Source of the DNA: Thermoanaerobaculia bacterium
GTDB lineage: Bacteria > Acidobacteriota > Thermoanaerobaculia > UBA5066 > Gp7-AA6
Length of the DNA: 64,000 bases
Direction: 5' to 3'
Assembly: GCA_036406835.1 (NCBI GenBank)
Contig: DASXAG010000080.1
Coordinates: 64,057-128,056, forward strand
How positions within the stretch are numbered: position 1 is the stretch's first letter; every line of letters starts with the position of its first letter. Below are positions 32,939 to 42,219 of this stretch, piece by piece. The notes below the pieces were generated by a model that did not search any database, was not told the origin of the DNA, and saw nothing but the letters and a program-made list of their open reading frames with translations. Both the position numbers and the translations under genes were made by a program.

Positions 32939-33883
32939 TCAGTTCTCCCCGCCCGGCACGTTCAAGAACCGCCGGAACGGGTCTTTCCACGGGAACGCCT
33001 GCGCGTAACGCCAGAGGCGGTCCGTGAGGGGCGGCTTCGCCGCCGGATTCTTGAAGCACTCCGCACAGCGCGGGAGTTGCGCGAAGTCTCCCGCTCGGAA
33101 TCCGGCCTCGATCGTGTTCAGGAACGGGGACCGGGCGATCTCGGCGATCGGCGTCTGCCGCACGTTGCCGAGCTTCTGCGTGCCGTCGTAGTCGTAGCAG
33201 CAGTGCGTGACGTCGCCGTTGCAGAGGATCACGAACCACTGGTACGGCGTCCCCTGGAAGCAGCCGTAGTAGGCCTGGTGCAGCTCGGTGACCTCGGAGG
33301 TGTCGAGCCCCTCGCACGTCTTCTGGATGACCGTGGCCTGCGGGTAGCGGTCGAGGTGGAAGAACTCGCGGAAGCTCTTGACCGACTCGTCGTGGGTCTG
33401 CGTCGTGATCATGCGCTGGATCTCGACGACGATCTTCTTCCCCTTCGACATCTCGAGGAAGCGCCGGATGTTCTCGACGACGGCGTCGAAGCGGCCTCCC
33501 TTGCGCACGATCGGGTAGACCTCGGGCTTCAGGGTGTCGATGCAGATGCGCAGCTTCGAGAGCGACGTCGCGAGGATGTCCTTGCTCCACTGCTCGCTCA
33601 GGAGCGTGCCGTTGGTCGAGACGCAGACGCCGGGGAAGAGGTCGATCGCCTCGCAGAGGCGCTTGTAGAGGAACGGCTCGCCCATCTCGTGCAGGTACTT
33701 CATCGGGAGGTCGAGCTCGCGCATCTGGCGCGCCACGTCCTCGACCATGTCGAACGGCGCGTCCTCGAACGGGCGCGTGAGCACGTCCATCGGGCACATG
33801 CCGCAGCGGAGGTTGCAGCGCGAGGTCAGCTCGAGCATGTACTTGAGCGAGCGCAGGCGGAGGCCGTTCTTTCCCTTGCTCAT
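32939..33883 (-). CDS. radical SAM protein with a SPASM/twitch-like Cys-rich C-terminus (314 aa)
   Basis: ATG 33883 lies inside track ORF 32939..34912. CNLRCGMC cluster motif. C-terminal CNGDVTHCCYDYDGTQKLGNV ... PRCAEC. ATGA overlap with the upstream gene. Confidence 0.75.
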   Translation of the reverse strand: MSKGKNGLRLRSLKYMLELTSRCNLRCGMCPMDVLTRPFEDAPFDMVEDVARQMRELDLPMKYLHEMGEPFLYKRLCEAIDLFPGVCVSTNGTLLSEQWSKDILATSLSKLRICIDTLKPEVYPIVRKGGRFDAVVENIRRFLEMSKGKKIVVEIQRMITTQTHDESVKSFREFFHLDRYPQATVIQKTCEGLDTSEVTELHQAYYGCFQGTPYQWFVILCNGDVTHCCYDYDGTQKLGNVRQTPIAEIARSPFLNTIEAGFRAGDFAQLPRCAECFKNPAAKPPLTDRLWRYAQAFPWKDPFRRFLNVPGGEN

Positions 33884-34989
33884 GAGGGGCGCCTCGCCTC
33901 GACTCCCGCCATCGCGGCGAGGACCGGCAGCGCGTTGGCGCGGTCGAAGAGGATCATCGTCCGCGCGTTGCACTCGTGGGTGCAGCGGCAGAGCCGGTCG
34001 TGCTTGTCGGCGACGAACCGCCGCGCTTCCTCGCTCTCCCGGATCCGCCCCCAGTCGTAGCCGGCCTCGCGCACGTTGCCGAGCACGGTGCCGATCAGCT
34101 CGCAGCCGTGGATGTTCCCCTCCTCCGTCAGCACGTATTCCCGCTCGCCCGCCAGGCAGAACCCCTCGAACCCGCCGCCGCGCGCCTGTCGCGCAATGTA
34201 CTCGAAGCGCCGCCGGTTGACCTCGCGGCGGGCCCGCGTGCGCGCGCCCTTCCAGCCCGTTCGGGCCTCGTCCGGAGGATAGCGCGAGTCGATTCTCCGC
34301 GAGAGCCGCTCGTAGAGCCCGACGTCGAGGTCCTCCTTGACGCGGGGGTCGAACGGATCGCCGCGGACGAAGCCCAGCGCGTGGTGGTTGGGGCGGTAGG
34401 TGTCGTAGACGAACTCGCAGAAGGCCTCGATCTCCTGCTGGTTGTCGCGCATGAAGACGGTCGTGACGCCGACCGTGAGGTTCGGCGTCCCGCGCGACAG
34501 CTCGAGGAGCGCCGAAAGCGTCGCGAGCGCGCGGTCGTAGAGTCCCGGCACCGCGCGGACGCGGTCGTGGAAGTCGCGGAACCCGTCGATCGAGACCGTG
34601 ACGCCGAGCGAGAGCTCCGGCGAGAAGTCGCAGATGCGCTTCGCGGCGCGCGTGACCTCCTCGGGCGAGAAGCCGTTGGTCGGGATCGAGGCGTTGAAGA
34701 AGCCGCAGCGCTCGAAATAGACGCGGATGAGCTCGGGCAGGTCGCGGCGGAGAAACGGTTCCCCGCCCGAGATGAGGAGCAGGCGGATCGGAGGCAGCGT
34801 GGCGGCGAAGCGGTCGAGCTCCTCGACCGTCAGCTCGTTCTTGCCGGCGTTGATGGGGTAGAAGCAGTGCGCACAGCGCGCGTTGCAGACCGACGTGACG
34901 AAGTGGGTCCACTGCGCGATCGCCTCGCCCGGCGCGATCCAGTCGCGGGCGAGCGCGAGGCCCTGGCGCAGGCGCCTCGCCGCGGTCAT
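33880..34989 (-). CDS. radical SAM protein with a SPASM-like C-terminal domain (369 aa)
   Basis: ATG 34989 lies inside track ORF 33880..36918. CNARCAHC cluster motif and GGEPFL. C-terminal CLAGEREYVLTEEGNIHGCELIGTVLGNV ... CRCTHEC. ATGA overlap with the GT2 gene. Confidence 0.75.
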   Translation of the reverse strand: MTAARRLRQGLALARDWIAPGEAIAQWTHFVTSVCNARCAHCFYPINAGKNELTVEELDRFAATLPPIRLLLISGGEPFLRRDLPELIRVYFERCGFFNASIPTNGFSPEEVTRAAKRICDFSPELSLGVTVSIDGFRDFHDRVRAVPGLYDRALATLSALLELSRGTPNLTVGVTTVFMRDNQQEIEAFCEFVYDTYRPNHHALGFVRGDPFDPRVKEDLDVGLYERLSRRIDSRYPPDEARTGWKGARTRARREVNRRRFEYIARQARGGGFEGFCLAGEREYVLTEEGNIHGCELIGTVLGNVREAGYDWGRIRESEEARRFVADKHDRLCRCTHECNARTMILFDRANALPVLAAMAGVEARRPS

Positions 34990-35894
34990 GCGCGGGCCTC
35001 GCGCGCCGACTCGGTTCCCTCGACCGGCTCCGGGCTCCGCCGCCCGCGGCGCGCCTGGAAGAATCCCTGGATCCTCGCGACCTCCCCGGCGAGCAGCCAG
35101 GGGAAGAGCGCCACGGCCCTTCCAGCGTAGCCGGCCCGCGCCATCCGTACGAGCGTGATCCACAGATGCGGAAGGAGGAAGAGGAGAATCGGGGCGCGCA
35201 CCAGGATCTTCCCGGGCCGGTCCAGGGTCGAGCGGGTCAGGAAGATCGTGCGTCCGCAGGCGCGCTGCTTCTCCCAGAACGAGGGGAAGTCCAGGCGCTC
35301 GTGCCGGTGAGTCACGCGGATCGCGGGCTCGTACCAGAGCCGGCCGCCGCGCGCGGCGACGGCCAGCGCGAACGCGGTGTCCTCGCCCGAGTTGGACTCG
35401 GGAAACCGCGCCGGGCCGACGGAGGCGCGCCTGTACACGATCGCCATCGTCGGAATGCTGCTCTTCGCGCCCGCGCGGCCGCCGATCCATTCGGAATGGT
35501 TCAGGAAATAGTCGAGCTCGCCCCAGCGGCCGAGGCGCCCGTTGACGATGCTCCCGCCGACGCCCGCGAGCGTGGGATCCGACGCGAGGACGTCCCGGGC
35601 GCGTGCGAGCCAGTCGACGGGGGCGACGGCGTCGGCGTCGAGGAAGGCGAGCAGCTCTCCCGAGGTGGCCTCGATGCCGGCGTTGCGCGCGCCGCCCGCG
35701 TTGCGCCGCGCCGGGTTCACGAGCACGCGGGCGCCGGCCTTCTGCGCGATCGCGGCCGACGCGTCGGAGGAGGCGTCGTCGACGACGAGGACCTCGCATG
35801 GCGGGTCGCTCTGGCGCAGGGCGGACGCGACCGCGTCGGCGACCGTCCGCGCGGCGTCCCGGCACGGGATGATGACGCTCGTGCGCATACGCAT
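34986..35894 (-). CDS. family 2 glycosyltransferase
   Basis: 302 aa with SVIIPCRDAARTV, LVVDDASSD and FLDADAV (DxD), a typical GT-A/GT2 N-terminal half. Confidence 0.8.
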   Translation of the reverse strand: MRMRTSVIIPCRDAARTVADAVASALRQSDPPCEVLVVDDASSDASAAIAQKAGARVLVNPARRNAGGARNAGIEATSGELLAFLDADAVAPVDWLARARDVLASDPTLAGVGGSIVNGRLGRWGELDYFLNHSEWIGGRAGAKSSIPTMAIVYRRASVGPARFPESNSGEDTAFALAVAARGGRLWYEPAIRVTHRHERLDFPSFWEKQRACGRTIFLTRSTLDRPGKILVRAPILLFLLPHLWITLVRMARAGYAGRAVALFPWLLAGEVARIQGFFQARRGRRSPEPVEGTESAREARA

Positions 35895-35906
35895 GAACCG
35901 ACCAGT

Positions 35907-36647
35907 CTATCCGCGGTCCCCGCCGGGCCGTTCGGCCCGGGGTCCGGAGACCGACGCCCGAAGGAGGATGCGGTACCGGAACAGCCGCCCGACTCCCGGG
36001 AGCGGGGCGAGCAGCCGCTCGGCCCACCGGACGCCCGGGAAGGGAGCCGTCGCGTAGCGCATCTCGTCGGCGCGCCAGCCCTCCTCCTCGAGGAGCCGCC
36101 GGATCTCCTCGGGCCGCCGCACCGCGATGTGCTCGGGGAACTGCGCGAGGACGACGTTGTGCGCCTTCATCCGCTCGACGTAGTGCTCGCGGTTGGGGGT
36201 GTACGCGACGAACACGCCGCCGGGCCGGAGGACGCGTCTGAGCGCGCCGAGCATCTGCCGCACGGTCGCGTCGTCCACGTGCTCGAGCAGGTCGAAGGCG
36301 CCGGCGACGTCGACCGACGCGTCCGGGAGGGGCGCGAGCTCGGCCACGTCGCCCTGGACGAAGCGGACGTTTCGGAGACCGCGCCGCGCCCGCTCGCGCT
36401 CCGCGATCTCGAGCGCCTTCGGCGAGGCGTCGATGCCGATGGCCTCGCGGACGAGCGGCGCGAGCAGGAAGCAGACGTCGCCGCGCGCCGAGCCCAGGTC
36501 GAGCAGGATGGTGTCCTTCGTCGGCCGGGCCAGCGCCAGGATGTCTCGGTCGCGTTCCTGCCACTTGCGCTCCGGCGCCGCGAAGGACGTGACCTTGTGC
36601 AGGCCGTCGAAGTACTCGTCGGGATAGAGGTCGGACTCGAACGTCAC
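35907..36647 (-). CDS. class I SAM-dependent methyltransferase
   Basis: C-terminal part of track ORF 35907..37400. Motif I ILLDLGSARGD and post-I/II IGIDASPKALEIA ... LRRVLRPGGVFV. The start is GTG 36647, or TTG 36707, which would abut the divergent gene. Confidence 0.7.
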   Translation of the reverse strand: MTFESDLYPDEYFDGLHKVTSFAAPERKWQERDRDILALARPTKDTILLDLGSARGDVCFLLAPLVREAIGIDASPKALEIAERERARRGLRNVRFVQGDVAELAPLPDASVDVAGAFDLLEHVDDATVRQMLGALRRVLRPGGVFVAYTPNREHYVERMKAHNVVLAQFPEHIAVRRPEEIRRLLEEEGWRADEMRYATAPFPGVRWAERLLAPLPGVGRLFRYRILLRASVSGPRAERPGGDRG

Positions 36648-36706
36648 GGCACCATAGTAGAGCGCCGCTTCCCGCGGCGACAGTTCGGTCGGCTTCCGCC
36701 CGTACA

Positions 36707-37132
36707 ATGGACACAGTGAAAGCCCCCTGGGAGAAGTTCTCGCTGCCCGGCGATGGGGCCGCGTACGCGCGGGGCTCCACGCGCGAGTTCGTTCGGACGA
36801 TGCGCGAGACCTTCGGCCCGCTGGTCGAGCGCGTCGAGACGCTGCCGGCCGGACGCCACCCCTGGCTGATGGTCGAGGTCCCCGCCGAGGGATCGCTGTC
36901 GGCGTTCTTTCGCGACATGGAGAGGCGGCTGGAATCGGACGGCGCGCTCTGGACCGTCTTTCCGAAGAAGCCCTACCTCGAGACGCTCGGGTTTCCGTTC
37001 CTGTGGCTCGACGTGCAGAAGGCGGGCCTCGCGGCGGGCCTGGTCGACAACAAGGTCGCGGCCTTCTCGCCGCGGCTGACCTCGATCCGCTTCGTCGTGC
37101 CGGTCTCGAAGCGGGCGCGGAGGACGGCGTGA
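36707..37132 (+). CDS. DUF3052-like protein
   Basis: 141 aa. GALWTVFPKK and GLVDNKVAAFSPRLTSIRFV match the DUF3052 pattern (GALWVSWPKK ... GLVD.K..A.D..WS.LRF) as I remember it. Confidence 0.55.
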   Translation: MDTVKAPWEKFSLPGDGAAYARGSTREFVRTMRETFGPLVERVETLPAGRHPWLMVEVPAEGSLSAFFRDMERRLESDGALWTVFPKKPYLETLGFPFLWLDVQKAGLAAGLVDNKVAAFSPRLTSIRFVVPVSKRARRTA

Positions 37133-37143
37133 CCCGCTCGAGG

Positions 37144-39024
37144 ATGCGCGGACTCGTCGCGGCGCTGCTCCTCGCCTTCGGCGTCTGCGCGCCCGCGAGC
37201 GCGCGGGTTCTTCGCTGGAAGTCCCTCGACGTGAAGGCGAAGCTCGACGCGGCCGGCAACCTCTCCGTCGTGGAGACCCACGACATGGTCTTCGACGGCG
37301 ACTGGAACGGGGGCGAGCGCACCTTCCGGGTGTTCCCCGGGCAGTCGCTCACCCTCGGGTCCGTGACGCGCATCGACGCGGACGGCGTCCGCCACCCCAT
37401 GGAGCAGGGCGACCTCTCCGCGGTCGACGCGTGGAGCTGGACCGGCCCGTACGTGCTGCGCTGGCGCAGCCGCCTGCCCTCGGATCCGCCCTTCTCCCAG
37501 ACGGAGCTCGTCTACGAGATCACCTACGTGCTCGGCGGGATCCTCGTGAAGCAGGGCGGCACGTCCTACAAGCTCGACAACGACTTCGCGTTCCCCGATC
37601 GCGAGTGGCCGGTCGACGCCTTCACCCTGTCGCTCACGCTCGACCCGGTCTGGAAGCCGCAGGCGCCGTTCACGGGAAGCGCGGGTCCCACGCCGCTCCA
37701 CGGTCGGCAGGGATTCGTCGTCACCCTTCCGCTCACCTACACCGGCACGGGCACGCCCGAGGCCGCCCACGGAATCGCGAGCCGGCGGCTGCGCTGGGCG
37801 CTGCTCCTCCTCTACGGCGCGGCGATCGTGCTCCTCTACTCCCGCTGGCGCGCGCGGGAGCGCGCCCTCGGCCGCTTCGCGCCGCTCCGGCCGCCCGACA
37901 CGATCGACGAGGGCTGGCTCTCGAAGAACCTCTTCTCGCTCGCGCCGGAGGAGGCGGGCGCGCTCTGGGACGAGAAGATCGGTCCGCCCGAGGTCTCGGC
38001 CGTGATCGCGCGCCTCGTGTCGGAGAAGAAGATCGCGACCGAGGCCGACGGCAAGAAGATGACGATGAAGCTGCTCGTGCCGCTCGAGCGTTTCACGGGC
38101 TACGACCGCGACCTCGTCAAGGCGCTCTTCTTCGGCCGCCAGGAGACCGACACCGATGCGATCAAGGCGCATTACAAGTCGAGCGGCTTCGACCCCGCCT
38201 CGAAGATCAAGAAGGGGCTCGAGGAGAAGCTCGCCGCGCATCCCGATTTCCAGGACACCTCGCCGGCGCCGTCGCGCTGGCCGACGGCGTTGCTCGTGCT
38301 CGCGGGGCTCGGCCTCCACCTCTCCGCCGTCCTGACCGAGAAGGAACCGCCGGGAGACCTCTTCTCGATCGCGTTCGTCTACGGGATCGTCTCCATCATC
38401 GGCGTCACGTGCGCGTGGGCGTTCCAGAAGCGCATCGTCGCCGTGGACGCGTCTTCCGCGGCGTTTCTCTGGGTCCCCGCGTTTCTCTTCCTCTACGCGT
38501 TCCTGGGCGCGAGGGACCCGAGGCCCGCGCCGCTCGTGCCGGTACTCGGCTCGCTCTGCCTGCGCCTCGCCGTCCTCAACGGCGTCTTCAACTTCGCGAA
38601 GACGCGCAACGGCCCGCACCGCATCGCGCGGCGCAAGACCCTGGCCTCGGCGCGCGCGTACTTCATCCACGAGCTCGCACAGCCGGCGCCGCGCCTGCAC
38701 GACGACTGGTTTCCCTACGTCGTCGCCTTCGGCCTGACCTCGGAGGCGGACCACTGGTTCAAGGCCTACGGCGGGGCGGCGGCCGCCGCGGGCGCGGCCG
38801 CGAGCCGGGGAGGATCCGACGGATCGTCGGGGTCGTCGAGCTGGACGTCCTCGGGCGGGTGGTCGGGCGGAGGCGGCGCCTTCGGCGGGGCGGGCTCGTC
38901 GGGGTCCTGGGCGGTCGCGGCGGGCGCCCTCGCCTCGGGAGTCGCCTCGCCGTCCTCATCGGGCGGCGGCGGGGGAGGCGGGGGAGGCGGCAGCTCGGGC
39001 GGAGGCGGGGGCGGGGGATGGTGA
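37144..39024 (+). CDS. DUF2207-like membrane protein with a Gly/Ser-rich C-terminal tail
   Basis: ATG 37144 lies inside track ORF 37003..39024. Signal peptide MRGLVAALLLAFGVCAPASA, an extracellular beta-rich N-domain, several TM helices, and a tail ...SSSGGGGGGGGGGSSGGGGGGGW. Confidence 0.6.
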   Translation: MRGLVAALLLAFGVCAPASARVLRWKSLDVKAKLDAAGNLSVVETHDMVFDGDWNGGERTFRVFPGQSLTLGSVTRIDADGVRHPMEQGDLSAVDAWSWTGPYVLRWRSRLPSDPPFSQTELVYEITYVLGGILVKQGGTSYKLDNDFAFPDREWPVDAFTLSLTLDPVWKPQAPFTGSAGPTPLHGRQGFVVTLPLTYTGTGTPEAAHGIASRRLRWALLLLYGAAIVLLYSRWRARERALGRFAPLRPPDTIDEGWLSKNLFSLAPEEAGALWDEKIGPPEVSAVIARLVSEKKIATEADGKKMTMKLLVPLERFTGYDRDLVKALFFGRQETDTDAIKAHYKSSGFDPASKIKKGLEEKLAAHPDFQDTSPAPSRWPTALLVLAGLGLHLSAVLTEKEPPGDLFSIAFVYGIVSIIGVTCAWAFQKRIVAVDASSAAFLWVPAFLFLYAFLGARDPRPAPLVPVLGSLCLRLAVLNGVFNFAKTRNGPHRIARRKTLASARAYFIHELAQPAPRLHDDWFPYVVAFGLTSEADHWFKAYGGAAAAAGAAASRGGSDGSSGSSSWTSSGGWSGGGGAFGGAGSSGSWAVAAGALASGVASPSSSGGGGGGGGGGSSGGGGGGGW

Positions 39025-39031
39025 GCCTCCT

Positions 39032-39057
39032 GTCATCCCTCGCTCCGCTCGGATGAC
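39032..39057. repeat. short hairpin related to the right arm of the palindromic repeat family (copy C)
   Basis: GTCATCC-CTCGCTCCGCTC-GGATGAC. Compare ATCCCTCGCCGCTTCGCTCCTCGGGATGAC in copy A. It lies between the DUF2207 stop and the trmFO start. Confidence 0.4.
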
Positions 39058-39078
39058 AAACCTTAGAATCCCCTCTCC

Positions 39079-40422
39079 ATGACGACGGTCTCCATCATCG
39101 GCGCCGGTCTCGCCGGGTCCGAGTGCGCGTGGCAGCTCGCGCGGCGCGGCCACCGGGTCCGCCTCTACGAGATGCGGCCCGCGGTCGGCACCTCGGCGCA
39201 CCAGACCGACCGCTGCGCCGAGCTCGTGTGCTCGAACTCCTTCCGCTCGGACAACCCGCGCAACGCCGTCGGGCTGCTCAAACGCGAGATGGAGGCCCTC
39301 GACTCGCTGATCGTCCGCTGCGCGCGCGCCGCCGCGGTGCCGGCCGGGGACGCTCTCGCGATGGACCGCCACGTCTTCGCGAATCTCGTGACCGAGGCTC
39401 TTTCCGCGCGACCGGAAATCGAGCTCTCGCGCCGGGAAGTCCGCGCGATTCCCGGCGACGACGCCGGCTACGTCGTGATCGCGACCGGCCCGCTGACCTC
39501 GCCCGCGCTCGATGCCGCGATCGGGGAGCTCCTGGGCACGAAAGACCTGTACTTCTACGACTCCATGGCGCCGATCGTCGAGGCCTCCTCGCTCGACCTC
39601 TCGAAGATGTACGCCCTCTCGCGCTACGGCAAGGGCGACGGCGAGGACTACTGGAACTGTCCGCTCTCGCGCGAGGAGTACGAGGCATTCGTCGGCGCGC
39701 TGCTCGCGGGCGAGACGGTGCCGGTCAAGGACTTCGAGAAGGGCGTCTACTTCGAGGGCTGCCTCCCCATCGAGGTCATGGCCGAGCGGGGGCGCGAGAC
39801 GCTGCGCCACGGGCCGATGAAGCCGATGGGGCTTCCCGACCCGAGGACCGGCCGGAATCCCTGGGCGGTCGTGCAGCTTCGCCAGGACGATCTCGCGAAG
39901 GAGCACTACAACCTCGTCGGCTTCCAGACCAAGCTCAAGATCGCCGAGCAGCAGCGGGTCTTCCGGCGCATCCCCGGGCTCGAGAACGCGCGCTTCGTGC
40001 GCTACGGCATGCTCCACCGCAACACCTACATCCACGCGCCCGCGCACCTCGACCGCTTCTGGCGGATGCGCCGGCGGCCGCGGATCTTCTTCGCCGGGCA
40101 GATCACGGGCGTCGAGGGCTACGTCGAGAGCGCGGCGACCGGGCTCGCGGTGGGTCTCACGCTCGCGCAGCTCCTGGAGGGGCGGGAGCCGGTGCCGGTT
40201 CCGTACACGACCGCGATCGGCTCGCTCGCCCGTCACTGCTCGGAGCGGCCGCCCGAGGAGAGGTTCGAGCCGATGAACGTGACCTTCGGCCTGATCGAGG
40301 ACACCTCGCACTCGCCCGTGCGGGACAAGCAGATCCGCCGCCAGATGATGGTGGACCGGGCGCTCGCCGCGATTGCCGAGTGGAAGCTGCAGATCGAGCC
40401 GCAGCCGGTCGCCGTATCCTGA
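39079..40422 (+). CDS. trmFO: methylenetetrahydrofolate--tRNA-(uracil54-C5)-methyltransferase TrmFO
   Basis: 447 aa with VSIIGAGLAGSECAWQLA, ELVCSNSFRSD and GQITGVEGYVESAATG. Confidence 0.93.
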   Translation: MTTVSIIGAGLAGSECAWQLARRGHRVRLYEMRPAVGTSAHQTDRCAELVCSNSFRSDNPRNAVGLLKREMEALDSLIVRCARAAAVPAGDALAMDRHVFANLVTEALSARPEIELSRREVRAIPGDDAGYVVIATGPLTSPALDAAIGELLGTKDLYFYDSMAPIVEASSLDLSKMYALSRYGKGDGEDYWNCPLSREEYEAFVGALLAGETVPVKDFEKGVYFEGCLPIEVMAERGRETLRHGPMKPMGLPDPRTGRNPWAVVQLRQDDLAKEHYNLVGFQTKLKIAEQQRVFRRIPGLENARFVRYGMLHRNTYIHAPAHLDRFWRMRRRPRIFFAGQITGVEGYVESAATGLAVGLTLAQLLEGREPVPVPYTTAIGSLARHCSERPPEERFEPMNVTFGLIEDTSHSPVRDKQIRRQMMVDRALAAIAEWKLQIEPQPVAVS

Positions 40423-40429
40423 CACCCAC

Positions 40430-41389
40430 ATGCTGACCTGGACCGACATCGAGAAGGCGAGGAAGCGTCTGGAGGGCGTCGCCCACCGCACGCCGGTCCT
40501 CCGCTCCCGGCAGTTCGACGCGGAGGCCGGGTCCACCGTCTTCTTCAAGGCCGAGAACCTGCAGCGCGGCGGCGCGTTCAAGTTCCGCGGCGCCTACAAC
40601 AAGATGAAGGCGGAGACCGAGAAGGGGAAGGTCGAGGCCGTCGTCGCGTTCTCCTCGGGCAACCACGCGCAGGCCGTGGCGATCGTCTCGAAGCTCCTGA
40701 ACATCCGCGCCACGATCGTCATGCCGAGGGACGCCCCGCAGACGAAGGTCGACGCCACGCGTGGCTACGGGGCGGAGGTCCTGCTGTACGACCGCGAGAG
40801 CCAGAGCCGCGAGGACCTGGCGGACCGGCTCTGCCGCGAGCGCGGGGCGATCCTCGTGCCGCCGTTCGACGACGAGCTCGTGATGGCGGGCGCCGCGACC
40901 GGCGCGGTCGAGCTCCTCGAGGAGGTCCGCGACATCGACACCCTCGTCGTGCCCGTCAGCGGCGGCGGGCTGATCAGCGGCTGGGCGACCGCGGCGCGGC
41001 ACCTGAGGCCCGACATTCGCATCTACGGCGTCGAGCCCGAGGCCGCCGACGACACGAAGCGCTCGCTCGAGACGGGCACGCGCGTCGAGAAAGCGACCAA
41101 CCAGACGATCGCGGACGGGCTCCGCGTGTCGATGCCCGGAAAGCTGACCTTTCCGATCGTCCAGGAATCCGTGGCGGACATCCTCCTCGTATCCGATGAC
41201 GAGATGATCGAGACGCTGACCTGGATGCTCGAGCGCATGAAGGTGCTGATCGAGCCCTCGGGGGCGGCCTCGGCGGCCGCGGTGCGCCACAGGAAGGCGG
41301 ACTTCTCCGGGCGCCGGGTCGGCGTCGTGCTCTCCGGCGGCAACGTCGACCTGGCGAAGCTCGCCGAGTTCGTCGCGTCGCGGGCTTGA
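40430..41389 (+). CDS. PLP-dependent threonine/serine dehydratase family protein (fold type II)
   Basis: ATG 40430 lies inside track ORF 40373..41389. Lys motif in ENLQRGGAFKFRGAYN, SSGNHAQAVA, and the GGGL loop VPVSGGGLISG. Confidence 0.8.
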   Translation: MLTWTDIEKARKRLEGVAHRTPVLRSRQFDAEAGSTVFFKAENLQRGGAFKFRGAYNKMKAETEKGKVEAVVAFSSGNHAQAVAIVSKLLNIRATIVMPRDAPQTKVDATRGYGAEVLLYDRESQSREDLADRLCRERGAILVPPFDDELVMAGAATGAVELLEEVRDIDTLVVPVSGGGLISGWATAARHLRPDIRIYGVEPEAADDTKRSLETGTRVEKATNQTIADGLRVSMPGKLTFPIVQESVADILLVSDDEMIETLTWMLERMKVLIEPSGAASAAAVRHRKADFSGRRVGVVLSGGNVDLAKLAEFVASRA

Positions 41390-42219
41390 TGCGGTCCCGA
41401 CGATTCCGGTTCCCGGCGCTCGCTGCGCTCGCGGGTGTGCTCGCGAGCCCGCTCCTCGCCCACGACTTCTGGATCGAGCCGTCGAGCTTCCGGCCGCCGG
41501 TGCACGAGACGGTCGCCGCCCGGCTGATGGTGGGGCAGAACTTCCAGGGCGAGGCCGTGCCCCGCAACCCCGCGCTGGTCCAGAAGTTCTCACTCGTCTT
41601 TCCCGGCGGCGAAGCGCCGCTCGACGGGAGGTCCGGAGACGATCCCGCGGGAGTGGCCGAGATCGTCGTGCCCGGACTCCAGGCTCTGGCGTACCGAAGC
41701 GGCAACAGCCTCGTGTCCCTGGAGGCGCAGAAGTTCGAGGACTACCTGCGCGAGGAGGGGCTCGAGAAGATCGTCGCGGAGCGCGCGCGGCGCGGCGAGT
41801 CGCAGAAGCCCTCGCGGGAGCTCTTCTCGCGCTGCGCGAAGGCGCTTCTCTACGCGGGTCCCCTCGGGCACGCGGGCGAAGATCGCGACGTCGGCCTCAC
41901 GCTGGAGCTGCGAGCGGAGAAGAATCCCTACGGCCTTCGCGCGGGGACCGAGCTTCCGGTGCGGCTGACTTACGAGGGCAAGCCTCTCGAGGGCGCGCTC
42001 GTCGTGGCGCTTCCGAAGGGGCACGCCTCGGAGAAGCTGTCGCAGCGGACCGACAAGAACGGACGCGTCCGCCTGCGCGTGCCCTACGGCGGGGTCTGGC
42101 TCGTGAAGGCCGTGCACATGGTCCCCGCGCCTCCGGACTCGGGTGCGGACTGGCAGAGCCTTTGGGCATCGTTAACATTTGAAATACCGACCTCGCTTAC
42201 TGTAGGAAACGCTCCGTGA
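41386..42219 (+). CDS. DUF4198-like periplasmic protein
   Basis: 277 aa. A signal peptide is followed by AHDFWIEPSSF, the characteristic mature N-terminus of DUF4198/NikM-like proteins. Confidence 0.6.
   Translation: MMRSRRFRFPALAALAGVLASPLLAHDFWIEPSSFRPPVHETVAARLMVGQNFQGEAVPRNPALVQKFSLVFPGGEAPLDGRSGDDPAGVAEIVVPGLQALAYRSGNSLVSLEAQKFEDYLREEGLEKIVAERARRGESQKPSRELFSRCAKALLYAGPLGHAGEDRDVGLTLELRAEKNPYGLRAGTELPVRLTYEGKPLEGALVVALPKGHASEKLSQRTDKNGRVRLRVPYGGVWLVKAVHMVPAPPDSGADWQSLWASLTFEIPTSLTVGNAP

Noticed and set aside
32777-36710. A search for a RiPP precursor peptide gene next to the two SPASM-type radical SAM genes
   Set aside because: The downstream flank is filled by the palindromic repeat, and the upstream flank by a divergent DUF3052-like gene. 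I saw no short ORF with a leader/core-like Cys- or Gly-rich pattern. Absence by eye is not proof, so it is listed as a check in the corresponding finding.
38760-39024. GGC/GGG-rich low-complexity DNA that looks like a tandem repeat or array
   Set aside because: It is in frame with the DUF2207-like gene and encodes its Gly/Ser tail. There is no regular repeat-spacer periodicity, so it is not a CRISPR or VNTR-type locus.
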